DNA from: an uncultured Verrucomicrobia subdivision 3 bacterium
GTDB lineage: Bacteria; Verrucomicrobiota; Verrucomicrobiia; Limisphaerales; UBA11358
Assembly (NCBI GenBank): GCA_903835255.1
Contig: CAILMI010000064.1
Span: 1,233-65,232 of the forward strand
Length of the DNA: 64,000 nt
Direction of reading: 5' to 3'
Each line of letters begins with the position of its first letter. The stretch's first letter is position 1. The translations under genes and the position numbers were made by a program. The notes beneath the pieces are model-generated. The model was not told the DNA's origin, made no database searches, and was given only the letters and a program-made list of their open reading frames with translations. Positions 38,392 to 48,025 of this stretch are shown in pieces.

Positions 38392-40050
38392 ATGATTGGG
38401 ACAATTCGTAAACACTCTAAATGGCTTTGGGCCGTCGTCATCACCGCCACAATTATTTCCTTCGTCTACTGGGGCGCGGGCTCGTCGCAGGTCGGCAGCG
38501 GCAGCGGGCGCGCGGTCGGCGACTTCGGCACCATCAATGGGAAGGCGGTCACGCAGCATGCCTATCTGGAGGCCCTGAACGAATTCAAGCTGTTCTACCT
38601 GTTTCATTACGGGGAATTCCCCGGCAAGAAATCCAACGTGTCTGAGTCCGACATGGAGCGCGAAGCCTACGTGCGCCTGTTGCTGATTCAAAAGGCCGAC
38701 GAGCTCGGCATTCACGTGGGCGCCGATGCGGTGGCAGCGATGGCGGGCCAGATGCTGCGGTCCCTAGGCCGCAGCGGGCAGACGGTGACGATGGAAGCCT
38801 TTGCGAAGCAGGTCTTGGAGCCGAACAACTTGAGTGTGGGCGATTTTGAGAATTTTGTCCGCCACGACCTGTTCATCCAGCAGCTTATCCGGACGCTGGG
38901 CCTGCCCGGCGCGTTCGTGACGCCCCAGGAAGCCGCCGCCGTTTACCAGCGGGACCATCAGGAAATCTCCGCTCAAATCGTTTATTTCCCGGCAACCAAT
39001 TACCTGGCTTCCGTCCAAACCACGCCGGCGGCCATCGCACAATTCTACACCAATTATATGGCCGCCTACCGCCTGCCCGAGCGGGTGACGGTCCGCTATG
39101 TGGCCTTCAACGTGTCCAACTTCATGGAACAGGCCAAGTCGGAATGGGCGAAAACGAATTTCGACTCCCAGATCGACTCGGTTTATTTCCAGTACGGCGC
39201 CCAGGCCTTTCCCGAGGCCAAGACCCCGGCTGAGGCCAAGTTGAAAATCCGCGAGTCCCTGATCGCTCAGCGCGCGCTGGCCGATGCCCGCGTCCAAGTC
39301 AATGAGTTTGCCAGCGCCGTCTTCAAGATTGAACCCGTCAGCGCCGGAAATCTGGACACCGTCGCCCGGCAGAAGGGGCTGACGGTCGAAGTCACCGCGC
39401 CGTTCAGCGCCGCCGCCGGGCCGCAGGAATTCACCGCGCCGGAAGGCTTGGTCAAGGCAGCCTTTGGTCTGACGCCAGAGGCTCCCTTTGCCAATCCGAT
39501 TCTCGGCAACGGCATGATTTACGTCATCGCCCTCGCCCAGCAGTTGCCCAGCGAAATCCCGCCGCTGGAGGTCCTCCGCGACCGGGTGACGCTGGATTAC
39601 ACGTTTCAAGAAGCCCGTCAGCTGGCGGTGCGGGCGGGAACCAATTTTGTCAACACGCTGGCCGGCGCCCTGGCCGGGGGTAAAAGCTTTTCCGCCGCCT
39701 GTATTGCCGGCGGATTCTCGCCGCAGGTGCTGCCGCCCTTTTCACTCGGCACCCGCACGCTGACCGCCCTCGGCGATCTCGCCGATGTGAACCAGGTCAA
39801 GCAGGCAGCCTTTACAACCCGCGTCGGCCAGGCCAGCGCCTTTGAGCCCAATAATGCGGGCGGATTTGTGCTCTTCGTCCAATCGCTGCAGCCCGTGGCC
39901 CCGGCAGTCCTGAGCGCCGAACTGCCACAGTTCATCACCTCGCTTCAGCGCACGCGGGAAAACGAGGCCTTCAACCAATGGCTGCAGACTGCGGCCAATA
40001 ATGACTTGACCGATACGCCGCTGGCACGCCGGGCCGCCGCCGCCCGCTAA
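38392..40050 (+). CDS. Periplasmic chaperone, PpiD/SurA-N-like protein
   Basis: The N-terminus MIGTIRKHSKWLWAVVITATIISFVYWG is typical of PpiD-type anchored chaperones, followed by a long helical SurA_N-like region. I could not verify a parvulin domain by eye. Confidence 0.6.
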   Translation: MIGTIRKHSKWLWAVVITATIISFVYWGAGSSQVGSGSGRAVGDFGTINGKAVTQHAYLEALNEFKLFYLFHYGEFPGKKSNVSESDMEREAYVRLLLIQKADELGIHVGADAVAAMAGQMLRSLGRSGQTVTMEAFAKQVLEPNNLSVGDFENFVRHDLFIQQLIRTLGLPGAFVTPQEAAAVYQRDHQEISAQIVYFPATNYLASVQTTPAAIAQFYTNYMAAYRLPERVTVRYVAFNVSNFMEQAKSEWAKTNFDSQIDSVYFQYGAQAFPEAKTPAEAKLKIRESLIAQRALADARVQVNEFASAVFKIEPVSAGNLDTVARQKGLTVEVTAPFSAAAGPQEFTAPEGLVKAAFGLTPEAPFANPILGNGMIYVIALAQQLPSEIPPLEVLRDRVTLDYTFQEARQLAVRAGTNFVNTLAGALAGGKSFSAACIAGGFSPQVLPPFSLGTRTLTALGDLADVNQVKQAAFTTRVGQASAFEPNNAGGFVLFVQSLQPVAPAVLSAELPQFITSLQRTRENEAFNQWLQTAANNDLTDTPLARRAAAAR

Positions 40051-40056
40051 GCCGCC

Positions 40057-40860
40057 GTGAGCGCCATCATCAAACTGTCCTCCCCCGCCACCCGCGAGTT
40101 TTGGGAAATCCCCGTCCTGTTCGAGGATGAGCATCTGCTGGCGCTCGACAAGCCCGCCCGGCTGCTGACCTCGCCGGACGCCCTGGATCTGGCGCGGCCG
40201 AGCTTGATGAAGCTGCTGCACAGCGGCATCGCGGCTAAAAAACCGTGGGCCAGTGAACGCCATCTAGATTATCTCAACCCGCTCAATGAGCTCGACTTTG
40301 ATGTCACCGGCGTGCTGTTGCTGGCCAAAAACAAGCCGGCGTTCATCGCGCTGGCCAATCTGGCCAGCTCGGGAAAAGTCCGGATCCATTACCTCGCTCT
40401 CGTGCGCGGGGAGCTGCTGGAGAGGGAATTTGAAGTGGACGCCAAACTCGCGCCGCACCCGGTCAAGCCGGACGCCATGCGCGTGGACCGGGATAATGGC
40501 AAACAGGCGCGGACCCAGTTCGCCCTAGTGGAGAATTTTTCGCGCGCGGGCTACGCCTTGCTGCGCGCCGAACCCATCTCGGAGCGCCTGCATCAGGTCC
40601 GCGTCCACGCCAGTCATGTGGATTTGAAGATCGTGGGGGATGAAGTCTACGGCGGAAAACCCCTCTGGCTCTCGCGGCTCAAAAAGGATTACCGCCTCAA
40701 GCCGGGCCGGGAAGAGCGCCCTTTGCTCGCCCGCACCGCCCTGCACGCGGAGGAAATCAGCCTGCCGCACCCGGTCACCGGCGCCCCGCTGACCCTTGCC
40801 TCACCGGCGCCCAAGGATCTTAAGGTCGCCCTCAAGTACCTGCGGCAACTGGCGGCTTGA
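40057..40860 (+). CDS. RluA-family pseudouridine synthase-like protein (divergent motif II)
   Basis: Family motif HQVRVHASHV (compare HQIRVH) and the typical LALDKPARLL entry. Motif II reads NELDFDVTGVLLLAKN instead of HRLDxxTSG. GTG start. Confidence 0.75.
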   Translation: MSAIIKLSSPATREFWEIPVLFEDEHLLALDKPARLLTSPDALDLARPSLMKLLHSGIAAKKPWASERHLDYLNPLNELDFDVTGVLLLAKNKPAFIALANLASSGKVRIHYLALVRGELLEREFEVDAKLAPHPVKPDAMRVDRDNGKQARTQFALVENFSRAGYALLRAEPISERLHQVRVHASHVDLKIVGDEVYGGKPLWLSRLKKDYRLKPGREERPLLARTALHAEEISLPHPVTGAPLTLASPAPKDLKVALKYLRQLAA

Positions 40861-40920
40861 CCGGCCGCTTTAAAAAAGGCGCGGACAAGCCCCTCAGACC
40901 CCGTATTTCCGTATCCGATA

Positions 40921-41817
40921 TCAGCTCACCGCCCAGTTTAAAATCGCCTTTTGGACGTGCAGCCGGTTTTCGGCTTGGGTGAAAATGGTTGCGGCGTGCG
41001 CCTCGAAGGTTTCCGCATCGATCTCTTTGCCGCGATACGCCGGCAAGCAGTGCATGACGGCCGCTCCGGGCCGGGCGCGCTTCACCAGCGCCTGGTTGAT
41101 CTGGTAGCCCCCTAAAACTCGGATCCGCTCCGCCTCCTCCGCCTCCTTGCCCATCGAGACCCAGACGTCGGTGTAGAGCAGGTCCGCCCCAGTGGCAGCC
41201 GCCTGCAGATCTTCGGTGACCACAATGGCCCCCCCCGCGCGGCGAACCAGTTCCGGCGACGGCTGGAAGGGCTTCGGGGCAGCGATGCGCAGCTCGAAGC
41301 CAAGTTTAGCCGCTGCAAAAATCCAGGACGCCGGCATGTTGCACGCGCCATCGCCGATGAAGGTGACCACCCGGCCCGCGATCGGCCCGTGCGTCTCTTC
41401 AAACGTGAAGATATCCGCCAACACCTGGCAGGGGTGCTCGGCGTCGGTCAGCGCATTGATGGTGGGGATGCCGGAAAATTCCGCGAATGTATCCACGTCG
41501 GACTGCGCAAAGGTTCGGATGACCGCGCCGTGAAGCATCCGGCCCAGCACGCGGGCGGTATCCTGAATCGGTTCGCCGCGCCCGAGCTGGATGTCGTTGG
41601 CGCTCAAAAAAAGCGACTCGCCGCCGAGCTCGCGGATACCGACTTCAAAAGAGACCCGGGTGCGCGTGGACGACTTGGAAAACACGAGGGCCCAGGTCTG
41701 CCCGGCGAGCGGCTGCGGCTGGGGACGGCCGCGCTCGCGCTTGAACCCGGCGGCGGCGCTCAGGATGGTTTCGAAATCGGCGCGCGGCAGTTTTTCCAAT
41801 GACAACAAGTGCTTCAT
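40921..41817 (-). CDS. argF: Ornithine carbamoyltransferase
   Basis: SKSSTRTRVSFE, HPCQ and HCLPA motifs. Confidence 0.93.
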   Translation of the reverse strand: MKHLLSLEKLPRADFETILSAAAGFKRERGRPQPQPLAGQTWALVFSKSSTRTRVSFEVGIRELGGESLFLSANDIQLGRGEPIQDTARVLGRMLHGAVIRTFAQSDVDTFAEFSGIPTINALTDAEHPCQVLADIFTFEETHGPIAGRVVTFIGDGACNMPASWIFAAAKLGFELRIAAPKPFQPSPELVRRAGGAIVVTEDLQAAATGADLLYTDVWVSMGKEAEEAERIRVLGGYQINQALVKRARPGAAVMHCLPAYRGKEIDAETFEAHAATIFTQAENRLHVQKAILNWAVS

Positions 41818-41880
41818 GATTTAACGGTCTCCGGGATTTTTCGTCCAAAGAAAATTTTATAACCAAAACCGGACGCGCCG

Positions 41881-42528
41881 TCACTTCTTTTTCTTTGCCG
41901 CCCCGGCCGCCCTCCAGAGGTACCATGCTGCCGCGGTGGCGTACGGCCGCCAGCGTTTCCCGAATCGGAGCAGGGCTCCGGGCTTCGGCAGGCCCCGTTT
42001 TTGATAGGCGATCCGGAAACCGTTGCGGACCCCGAAATCATCGGCGGGCAAAACATCCTCCCGCCCCAGCTGGAAAATCAGCAGCATCTGGACCGTCCAC
42101 CGCCCCACCCCCCGCACCGCCGTGAGCCGCGCAATAATCTCGTCGTCGGACAGCTTCCGGATCTGCCTGGACGACGGCACCACGCCCGACAGGGTCTTTT
42201 CTGCGATGACGCGGAGGGCCCGAATTTTAGGGAGCGAAAAACCGCAGGCGCGAATCTGCGCGTCGGTCACCCCGGCCAGGTCCTCCGGCCTGGGGAACCG
42301 GCGGCGGGGGAACAGTTTTTTGAAGCGCGCCAGGATCGTGTCCGCCGCCGCGCCGTGGAGTTGCTGATGCGCGACCGCCTGCACGAGCGATTGAAACGGG
42401 GAGCGCCCCGGCTCGGGCACCAGCTGGCACGGGCCGATTTCCCGGATGAGCCGCCGCATCACCGGGTCCACGGCCGACAGATGTTTCAGCGCAGCGGCGT
42501 TCATGGATTGAATCGTTGATTCTCCCAA
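41881..42528 (-). CDS. DNA-3-methyladenine glycosylase 2 family protein (HhH-GPD, AlkA-like)
   Basis: HhH motif LTAVRGVGRWTVQMLLIF followed by LPADDFGVRNG (catalytic Asp region). Confidence 0.82.
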   Translation of the reverse strand: MGESTIQSMNAAALKHLSAVDPVMRRLIREIGPCQLVPEPGRSPFQSLVQAVAHQQLHGAAADTILARFKKLFPRRRFPRPEDLAGVTDAQIRACGFSLPKIRALRVIAEKTLSGVVPSSRQIRKLSDDEIIARLTAVRGVGRWTVQMLLIFQLGREDVLPADDFGVRNGFRIAYQKRGLPKPGALLRFGKRWRPYATAAAWYLWRAAGAAKKKK

Positions 42529-42552
42529 GGGATGGAGACTGGGCCGAAGGGT

Positions 42553-43806
42553 TTACGCGAGGGATTTGACAACCGCTTCGATGGCGGAAATGCCTTCCCC
42601 CGCCTCCTGCGGCTGGAGGTTGAGCGGGGGCAGGAGACGGACGATGTGGGTCCCCGCTGGAATGGTCAGCACGCCCGCCGCATGCAGCCGGTTCACGAAT
42701 TGGATGGCCGGGGGCTTGTCGATCGCCGCGAACGCGGGAATGTCGTCTGCCAGTTCGATACCGAGCAGGAAGCCCATGCCCCGGGCTGATTTCACAACGG
42801 CCGGATAGGTCCTGGCCAGCCGCTCGATTTCGGATTTCAGCCACGCGCCGAGCGTGAGCGCCCGGTCCGCGAGCTTTTCCCGATCGATCACCTCAAGGAT
42901 TTTCAGCGCCACGGCGCAGGCGAGCGGCGTGCCGCCGTAGGTCGTTCCATGCGTGCCGGCACCCAGCAGATCGGCGTAGGGCGTCCGCACCCAGAACGCG
43001 CCGATGGGGAAACCGCCGCCGAGCGACTTGGCCATGGAAAGGCCGTCGGGCAAAAACTGTTCCCCGCCGGGAACACCCTCGAGGATTTTCTGGAAGCTCT
43101 GGAACCGGCCGGTGCGGTAATGGCCGCATTGCACCCCGTCCATGAGCAGCAGGAGGTTCTTCTCGTCGCACAGCGCCCGCAGGCCGAGCAGGTATTCCGG
43201 CGTGGCGGGCGTGACGCCGCCCTCGCCCTGCACGCCCTCGATCAAAATCGCCGCCGTGGAGGGGGACAGGGCCCGGCGGGCGGCTTCGAGATCGTTGAAG
43301 GGGATGTGGCGAAAACCGGACACGGCCGGCTCGAATCCCTTTTTTACCTTGTCCTGGCCCGTGGCGGCGATGCCGGCCAGGGTGCGGCCGTGAAAGGAGT
43401 GGGTGGCCGTCAAGATTTCGAACCGGCCTTCGTCATGGCCGAATTTTCGCACCAGCTTGTAAAGCCCCTCGTTCGCCTCCGCGCCGCTGTTGCAAAAGAA
43501 AACCTTGCCGTCGCCAAGGCGCTGGACGAGCTCGGCAGCGAGCCGGCCCTGCGGTTCGGTAAAATAAAGGTTGGAGACGTGGATGAGTTTTTTGGACTGT
43601 TCGACGAGTGCATCGGTGATGGCGGGATGGGCGTGGCCCAGACAGGAGACCGCGATGCCGCTGCCGAGATCCAGATAGCGTCGGCCGGCGACATCGTACA
43701 CCTGGCTGCCGGCGCCGTGGCTCAAGACCAGCTCAAACCGGCCGTAGCTGGGCACGACGTTTTTGTCGAACAGCTCGCGAATAGCCTGATGGCTGTTGTG
43801 GACCAT
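42553..43806 (-). CDS. argD: Acetylornithine aminotransferase (class III PLP aminotransferase)
   Basis: GSGIAVSCLGHAHP, FCNSGAEANE, and PLP-lysine context LSMAKSLGGGFP. The start is ambiguous (ATG 43806 or 43827; the track start is 43878). Confidence 0.9.
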   Translation of the reverse strand: MVHNSHQAIRELFDKNVVPSYGRFELVLSHGAGSQVYDVAGRRYLDLGSGIAVSCLGHAHPAITDALVEQSKKLIHVSNLYFTEPQGRLAAELVQRLGDGKVFFCNSGAEANEGLYKLVRKFGHDEGRFEILTATHSFHGRTLAGIAATGQDKVKKGFEPAVSGFRHIPFNDLEAARRALSPSTAAILIEGVQGEGGVTPATPEYLLGLRALCDEKNLLLLMDGVQCGHYRTGRFQSFQKILEGVPGGEQFLPDGLSMAKSLGGGFPIGAFWVRTPYADLLGAGTHGTTYGGTPLACAVALKILEVIDREKLADRALTLGAWLKSEIERLARTYPAVVKSARGMGFLLGIELADDIPAFAAIDKPPAIQFVNRLHAAGVLTIPAGTHIVRLLPPLNLQPQEAGEGISAIEAVVKSLA

Positions 43807-43923
43807 GGCGGGTGGGGGCGGAATCATTTCTTTCACTGGCAAATTATTTAACCGCAACGGAACCCAAAGAACATACAAAAATTCCTCTGAGCTGCTGGCG
43901 TTCTCTGCGGTTGCGATTTGGTT

Positions 43924-44805
43924 TCAAAGGACAACTTCCGTGCCGACGCCGGCGTCCGTGAAAATTTCCAGCAGCAGGGAATGCGGCGCGCGCCCGTCCA
44001 CAAAGGAGACCTTTTCCACGCCGGCCCGGATGGCGGCCGCGGCGCTGTCCACTTTGGGGATCATGCCCTTGTCGACGATGCCGGCCGCCTTGAGCGCGGG
44101 GACCTCGTCCGTCTGCAGGCGGGTAATGAGCGTGGCCGGGTTTTTCGGATCCCGCAGCAGGCCGGGGACATCGCTCATGAAGACGAGCCGCCGGGCTTTC
44201 AGCGCCATCGCCACCTGCGCGGCGGCGACGTCGGCATTGCAGTTGTATATTTTCCCATCCTCGCCGCGGGCCGTCGGGCTGATGACCGGGGTGATGCCTC
44301 GGGCCAGACAGTCCAGCAGCGGCGCGACGTCCACGGCAAACACTTCCCCGACGTAGCCGATGTCGGTTTTTTGTCCGGGGTTTTCCCGGTCGTCCAGCCA
44401 GAGCTTGCGGCATTTGAGAATATCCGGGCCGGCAAACCCCTGCGCCGCGCCCCCGAGGGCGTTGAGGGTGGCGACGACTTCCGGATTGATTTCCCGGGAG
44501 AGAACGTCGTCCACGATCTTCACCGCGGCCTCGTCTGTGACCCGCTGCCCCTGGATGAACCGCGCGGGCAGTCCGGCCCGCTCCATCGCGCGCGTGATGG
44601 CTTTACCGCCGCCGTGGACAACGACCGGGTTGATTTCCACCGCCTCGAGAAATACCACATCGCGCGCGACGCCGTTGCGGATGGCGGGGTCGGGCGAATC
44701 CATAAAGCTGCCGCCGTATTTGACGACGAAGGTTTCACCGCTGAATTTCTGGATGTAGGGCAGCGCTTCGAGCAGCGTTGCGGCTTTGGCGATCAGGTCT
44801 TGCAC
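43924..44805 (-). CDS. argB: Acetylglutamate kinase
   Basis: FVVKYGGS, VVVHGGG, and the AAK-family C-terminal pattern. Confidence 0.93.
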   Translation of the reverse strand: MQDLIAKAATLLEALPYIQKFSGETFVVKYGGSFMDSPDPAIRNGVARDVVFLEAVEINPVVVHGGGKAITRAMERAGLPARFIQGQRVTDEAAVKIVDDVLSREINPEVVATLNALGGAAQGFAGPDILKCRKLWLDDRENPGQKTDIGYVGEVFAVDVAPLLDCLARGITPVISPTARGEDGKIYNCNADVAAAQVAMALKARRLVFMSDVPGLLRDPKNPATLITRLQTDEVPALKAAGIVDKGMIPKVDSAAAAIRAGVEKVSFVDGRAPHSLLLEIFTDAGVGTEVVL

Positions 44806-44891
44806 GCAAAAGTTTTAGCAGGTACCGCCCGCATTGTGAAAAGAATTGTGCAGCCGCCGGCTTTTCTGAATAATCCGGTCAGCCTAAAAAA

Positions 44892-46547
44892 ATGAAAACA
44901 TTCCTATGCCAGCGGCTGTTCTGGGTTTTTATCATCTGCAATCTCACCCTGGCGGGCGACGCCCCGGCGGCTTCCAAGAAAATACTGTTCTTCACTAAAT
45001 CCAGCGGTTTTGAGCATTCGGTCATCTCGTGGAAAAATGGTCAGCCCAGCTTTGCCGAGGCGGTCCTTTTGGATCTGGGGCGGAAGAATGGCTGGGAGTT
45101 CGTTTTCTCCAAAGACGGCTCGAAATTCGGCCGGGATTATCTCGCGCAGTTTGACGCCGTCTTCTTTTACACCACGGGCGACCTGTGCAGCGAGGGCACC
45201 GACAAGCAGCCCGCCATGAGTCCTGGTGGCAAGCAGGCTCTGTTCGACTACGTTCGCAGCGGCAAAGGCTTTCTTGGCGCGCACTCCGCCGCAGACACAT
45301 TTCACACGGCCAATGAATCGAAGAAGGGGCCGGAGCGTTATGCCAATCACGGTCAGGATGCGGATCCTTATGTCTGTTTTCTCGGGGGGGAATTCATCAT
45401 TCACGGCGCGCAGCAGGTGGCAACCAACTGGGTGATTGACCCGGCCTTTCCCGGGTTTGAAAAAGCGGGTGAGCAATTCGCGTTTCAAGAGGAATGGTAT
45501 TCGCTCAAGGATTTTGCCCCGGACGTTCATGTGCTCACCGTGATGGATGCCCCCCACATGAAGGGTTCCATGTATGAACGCCCGCCGTATCCGAACACGT
45601 GGGCGCGCATGGAGGGCAGGGGGCGGGTGTGGTATACCGCCATGGGCCATCGCGAGGATGTCTGGACGAATCCGATCTTCCAAAAAATCCTTGTCGGTGG
45701 CATAAAGTGGGCGCTCGGCGAAGCCTCGGCGAATCTGACACCCAACATTCAGGCCGCTGCTCCCGGAGCCAACGTCAATCCATCTTATGTTGAACCCAAG
45801 CCGGCCGCCATGGCCCTGAACACTTTGACCGATGCGGAAAAAACAGCGGGCTGGCGGCTGCTTTGGGATGGCAAAACGGCGGAGGGCTGGCGCAGCGCGA
45901 AGTCGGAGGATTTCCCGGACCGCGGCTGGTCGATGAAAAATGGTCTGCTGACCGTCCATGAGCATGGCGGCGAAGAGTCGCTGGCGGGAGGCGATATTAT
46001 CACCCGGCAGCGCTTCGCGGATTTTGAGATGCGGGCGGATTTTAAGATCACGCCCGGTGCCAACAGCGGCATTAAGATATTCGTTCAGCCCTCCCTTTCG
46101 CCAATCGACAAGCTGACCGGCAAGCCGGTGGGGACCGGATCGGCCATCGGCTTGGAATTTCAAGTGCTCGATGATCTGCGGCATCCGGATGCAAAGCTCG
46201 GTCGGGAGGGCAACCGCACCCTCGGCTCGGTCTATGATCTGATCCCCGCCCCGACCAATAAGGCTGTGTTTCCAATGGGCGAATGGAATCAGGCGCGCAT
46301 CGTGTCGCGTGGGCAACATGTGGAATTCTGGCTGAATGGGCAGAAAACGGTCGAGTTTGAGCGCAGCTCGGAGGACTTCCGGCAGAGAGTGGCGGCAAGC
46401 AAATATCACACGATCCCCGGATTTGGGGAATGGACGGACGGCCATATTCTGCTGCAAGATCATGGCAATGAAGTGTCCTTTCGTAATCTAAAAATTCGCG
46501 AGTTCTCAAAGCAGGAACCCGCTTCACAGTCAGTTCAAACTCCATGA
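44892..46547 (+). CDS. Secreted ThuA-like domain fused to a DUF1080 (3-keto-disaccharide hydrolase-like) domain
   Basis: Signal peptide. The N-terminal half has a ThuA pattern (KILFFTKSSGFEHS ... WYTAMGHRED). The C-terminal half has a DUF1080 pattern (GWRLLWDGKT..GW, SGIKIF, HILLQDHGNEVSFRNLKIRE). Confidence 0.82.
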   Translation: MKTFLCQRLFWVFIICNLTLAGDAPAASKKILFFTKSSGFEHSVISWKNGQPSFAEAVLLDLGRKNGWEFVFSKDGSKFGRDYLAQFDAVFFYTTGDLCSEGTDKQPAMSPGGKQALFDYVRSGKGFLGAHSAADTFHTANESKKGPERYANHGQDADPYVCFLGGEFIIHGAQQVATNWVIDPAFPGFEKAGEQFAFQEEWYSLKDFAPDVHVLTVMDAPHMKGSMYERPPYPNTWARMEGRGRVWYTAMGHREDVWTNPIFQKILVGGIKWALGEASANLTPNIQAAAPGANVNPSYVEPKPAAMALNTLTDAEKTAGWRLLWDGKTAEGWRSAKSEDFPDRGWSMKNGLLTVHEHGGEESLAGGDIITRQRFADFEMRADFKITPGANSGIKIFVQPSLSPIDKLTGKPVGTGSAIGLEFQVLDDLRHPDAKLGREGNRTLGSVYDLIPAPTNKAVFPMGEWNQARIVSRGQHVEFWLNGQKTVEFERSSEDFRQRVAASKYHTIPGFGEWTDGHILLQDHGNEVSFRNLKIREFSKQEPASQSVQTP

Positions 46548-47992
46548 AGACTCCCTCTCAAAAAATCGGGGCAACCCGGCCATTGCGCCGCCGCTCGTTT
46601 CTCAAGGGCATCCTGACCGCCGGTACGGTTTCCCTTTTCACGCCGCGCCTGCTGTTCGCCGCCGACGGATCACCCCTCCCCAGGGTGGCGCCCGGAAGAA
46701 AAGTCAATCTCGCCTGCTGCGGTATTGGTAATCGCGGGGCGGATGTCGTCAAAGCCCTGCATGCGACCGGGCTGGCCAATGTGGTGGCGCTGTGCGACAC
46801 GGATATGGGCGCGCCGCACACGCTGGCCGTGCTCAAGCTGTTTCCCAACGTGCCGCGCTTTCGGGATTTTCGGCAGATGTTCGACAAGATGGGCGGGGAG
46901 ATCGAGGCGGTGAGCGTGGGGGTTCCCGACTTTTCGCATTTTCCCATCGCCATGCTGGCGATGTCGCTGGGCAAGCATGTCTATTGCGAAAAACCGATGG
47001 CCCACAGCTTCCGTCAGATTGAACTGATGATGGCGGCCGAGAAAAAATACGGGGTGGCCGCGCAGATGGGCAACCAAGGCCATTCCGAGGCGAACTATTT
47101 CCAGTTCAAAGCCTGGGTCGACGCCGGCATCATCCGGAACGTGACCCGGATTACCGCCTATATGAACAGCCCCCGGCGCTGGCACGGCATGAAGGTGTCA
47201 GGCTATCTTCCGGAGCAGCCCATCCCTGAAACGCTCGACTGGGAGGATTGGCTGGCGACGGCGGAATTTCACAAATACAACCATGGCTATGTGAATGGCG
47301 ACTGGCGTTCCTGGTTTGATTTCGGCAATGGCGCGCTGGGCGACTGGGGTGCCCATATCTTCGACACCGCCCACGAGTTTCTGAATCTTGGGCTGCCGAC
47401 GGAGGTGGAGGCGGTAAAGCTGGAGGGCCCCAGCCCGTTTATTTTCCCCCAGGCCTCGACCCTTGCCTTCCGGTTTCCCCCGCGCGGCGCGCTGCCGCCG
47501 GTGGAGCTGACTTGGTACGATGGCCAGAATAATCTGCCACCGCTGCCGGACAATATCGGGGAAGCCGTGGTAGACCCCACTATTCCGCCGCCGTCCAGCG
47601 GCACCTTGGATACAAAGAAACGCCCACCCGGAAAGGTGCTTTACGGCGAAGGGCTGACCTTCAAAGGAGGCTCGCACGGGACCACCTTGAGCATCCTCCC
47701 CGGGCCCAATGCCAAAGAGATTGCCTCTCAATTGCCGCCCGTGCCCGCGAGCCCGTCGAATCACTTTAAGAACTTCCTGCTTGCTTGCCGGGGCGAGGAG
47801 AAATGCCGCTCCTCGTTTGCGGTGGCAGGGCCCCTGTGCCAGGCCATGGCCCTGGGCGTCATCGCCCAGCGGGTGAACGCCCGACTCCAGTTCGATCCGG
47901 CAACCCGTCAGATTACCAACCATGCAGTGGCTAACGCGCTGCTGAACGGAGTGCCGCCGCGCAAGGGCTGGGAATTTTTCTATAAGCTCTGA
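46544..47992 (+). CDS. Gfo/Idh/MocA-family oxidoreductase with TAT signal
   Basis: Twin-arginine leader RRRSFLKGILTAG, Rossmann motif LACCGIGNRG, conserved EKP motif (VYCEKPMA). 4-nt overlap with the upstream gene. Confidence 0.88.
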   Translation: MKTPSQKIGATRPLRRRSFLKGILTAGTVSLFTPRLLFAADGSPLPRVAPGRKVNLACCGIGNRGADVVKALHATGLANVVALCDTDMGAPHTLAVLKLFPNVPRFRDFRQMFDKMGGEIEAVSVGVPDFSHFPIAMLAMSLGKHVYCEKPMAHSFRQIELMMAAEKKYGVAAQMGNQGHSEANYFQFKAWVDAGIIRNVTRITAYMNSPRRWHGMKVSGYLPEQPIPETLDWEDWLATAEFHKYNHGYVNGDWRSWFDFGNGALGDWGAHIFDTAHEFLNLGLPTEVEAVKLEGPSPFIFPQASTLAFRFPPRGALPPVELTWYDGQNNLPPLPDNIGEAVVDPTIPPPSSGTLDTKKRPPGKVLYGEGLTFKGGSHGTTLSILPGPNAKEIASQLPPVPASPSNHFKNFLLACRGEEKCRSSFAVAGPLCQAMALGVIAQRVNARLQFDPATRQITNHAVANALLNGVPPRKGWEFFYKL

Positions 47993-48025
47993 GCCGTGCG
48001 CTGGCGAAATGCCTGACTTACTCCG

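Noticed and set aside
44833-44850. ATTGTG-N6-ATTGTG direct repeat in the argB/ThuA divergent spacer, considered as an ArgR (ARG box) operator.
   Set aside because: Comparison with the 18-bp ARG-box consensus TNTGAATWWWWATTCANW gives only ~11/18 matches and no dyad symmetry. A repeated hexamer in an AT-richer spacer is easily chance. No similar site lies upstream of argF.
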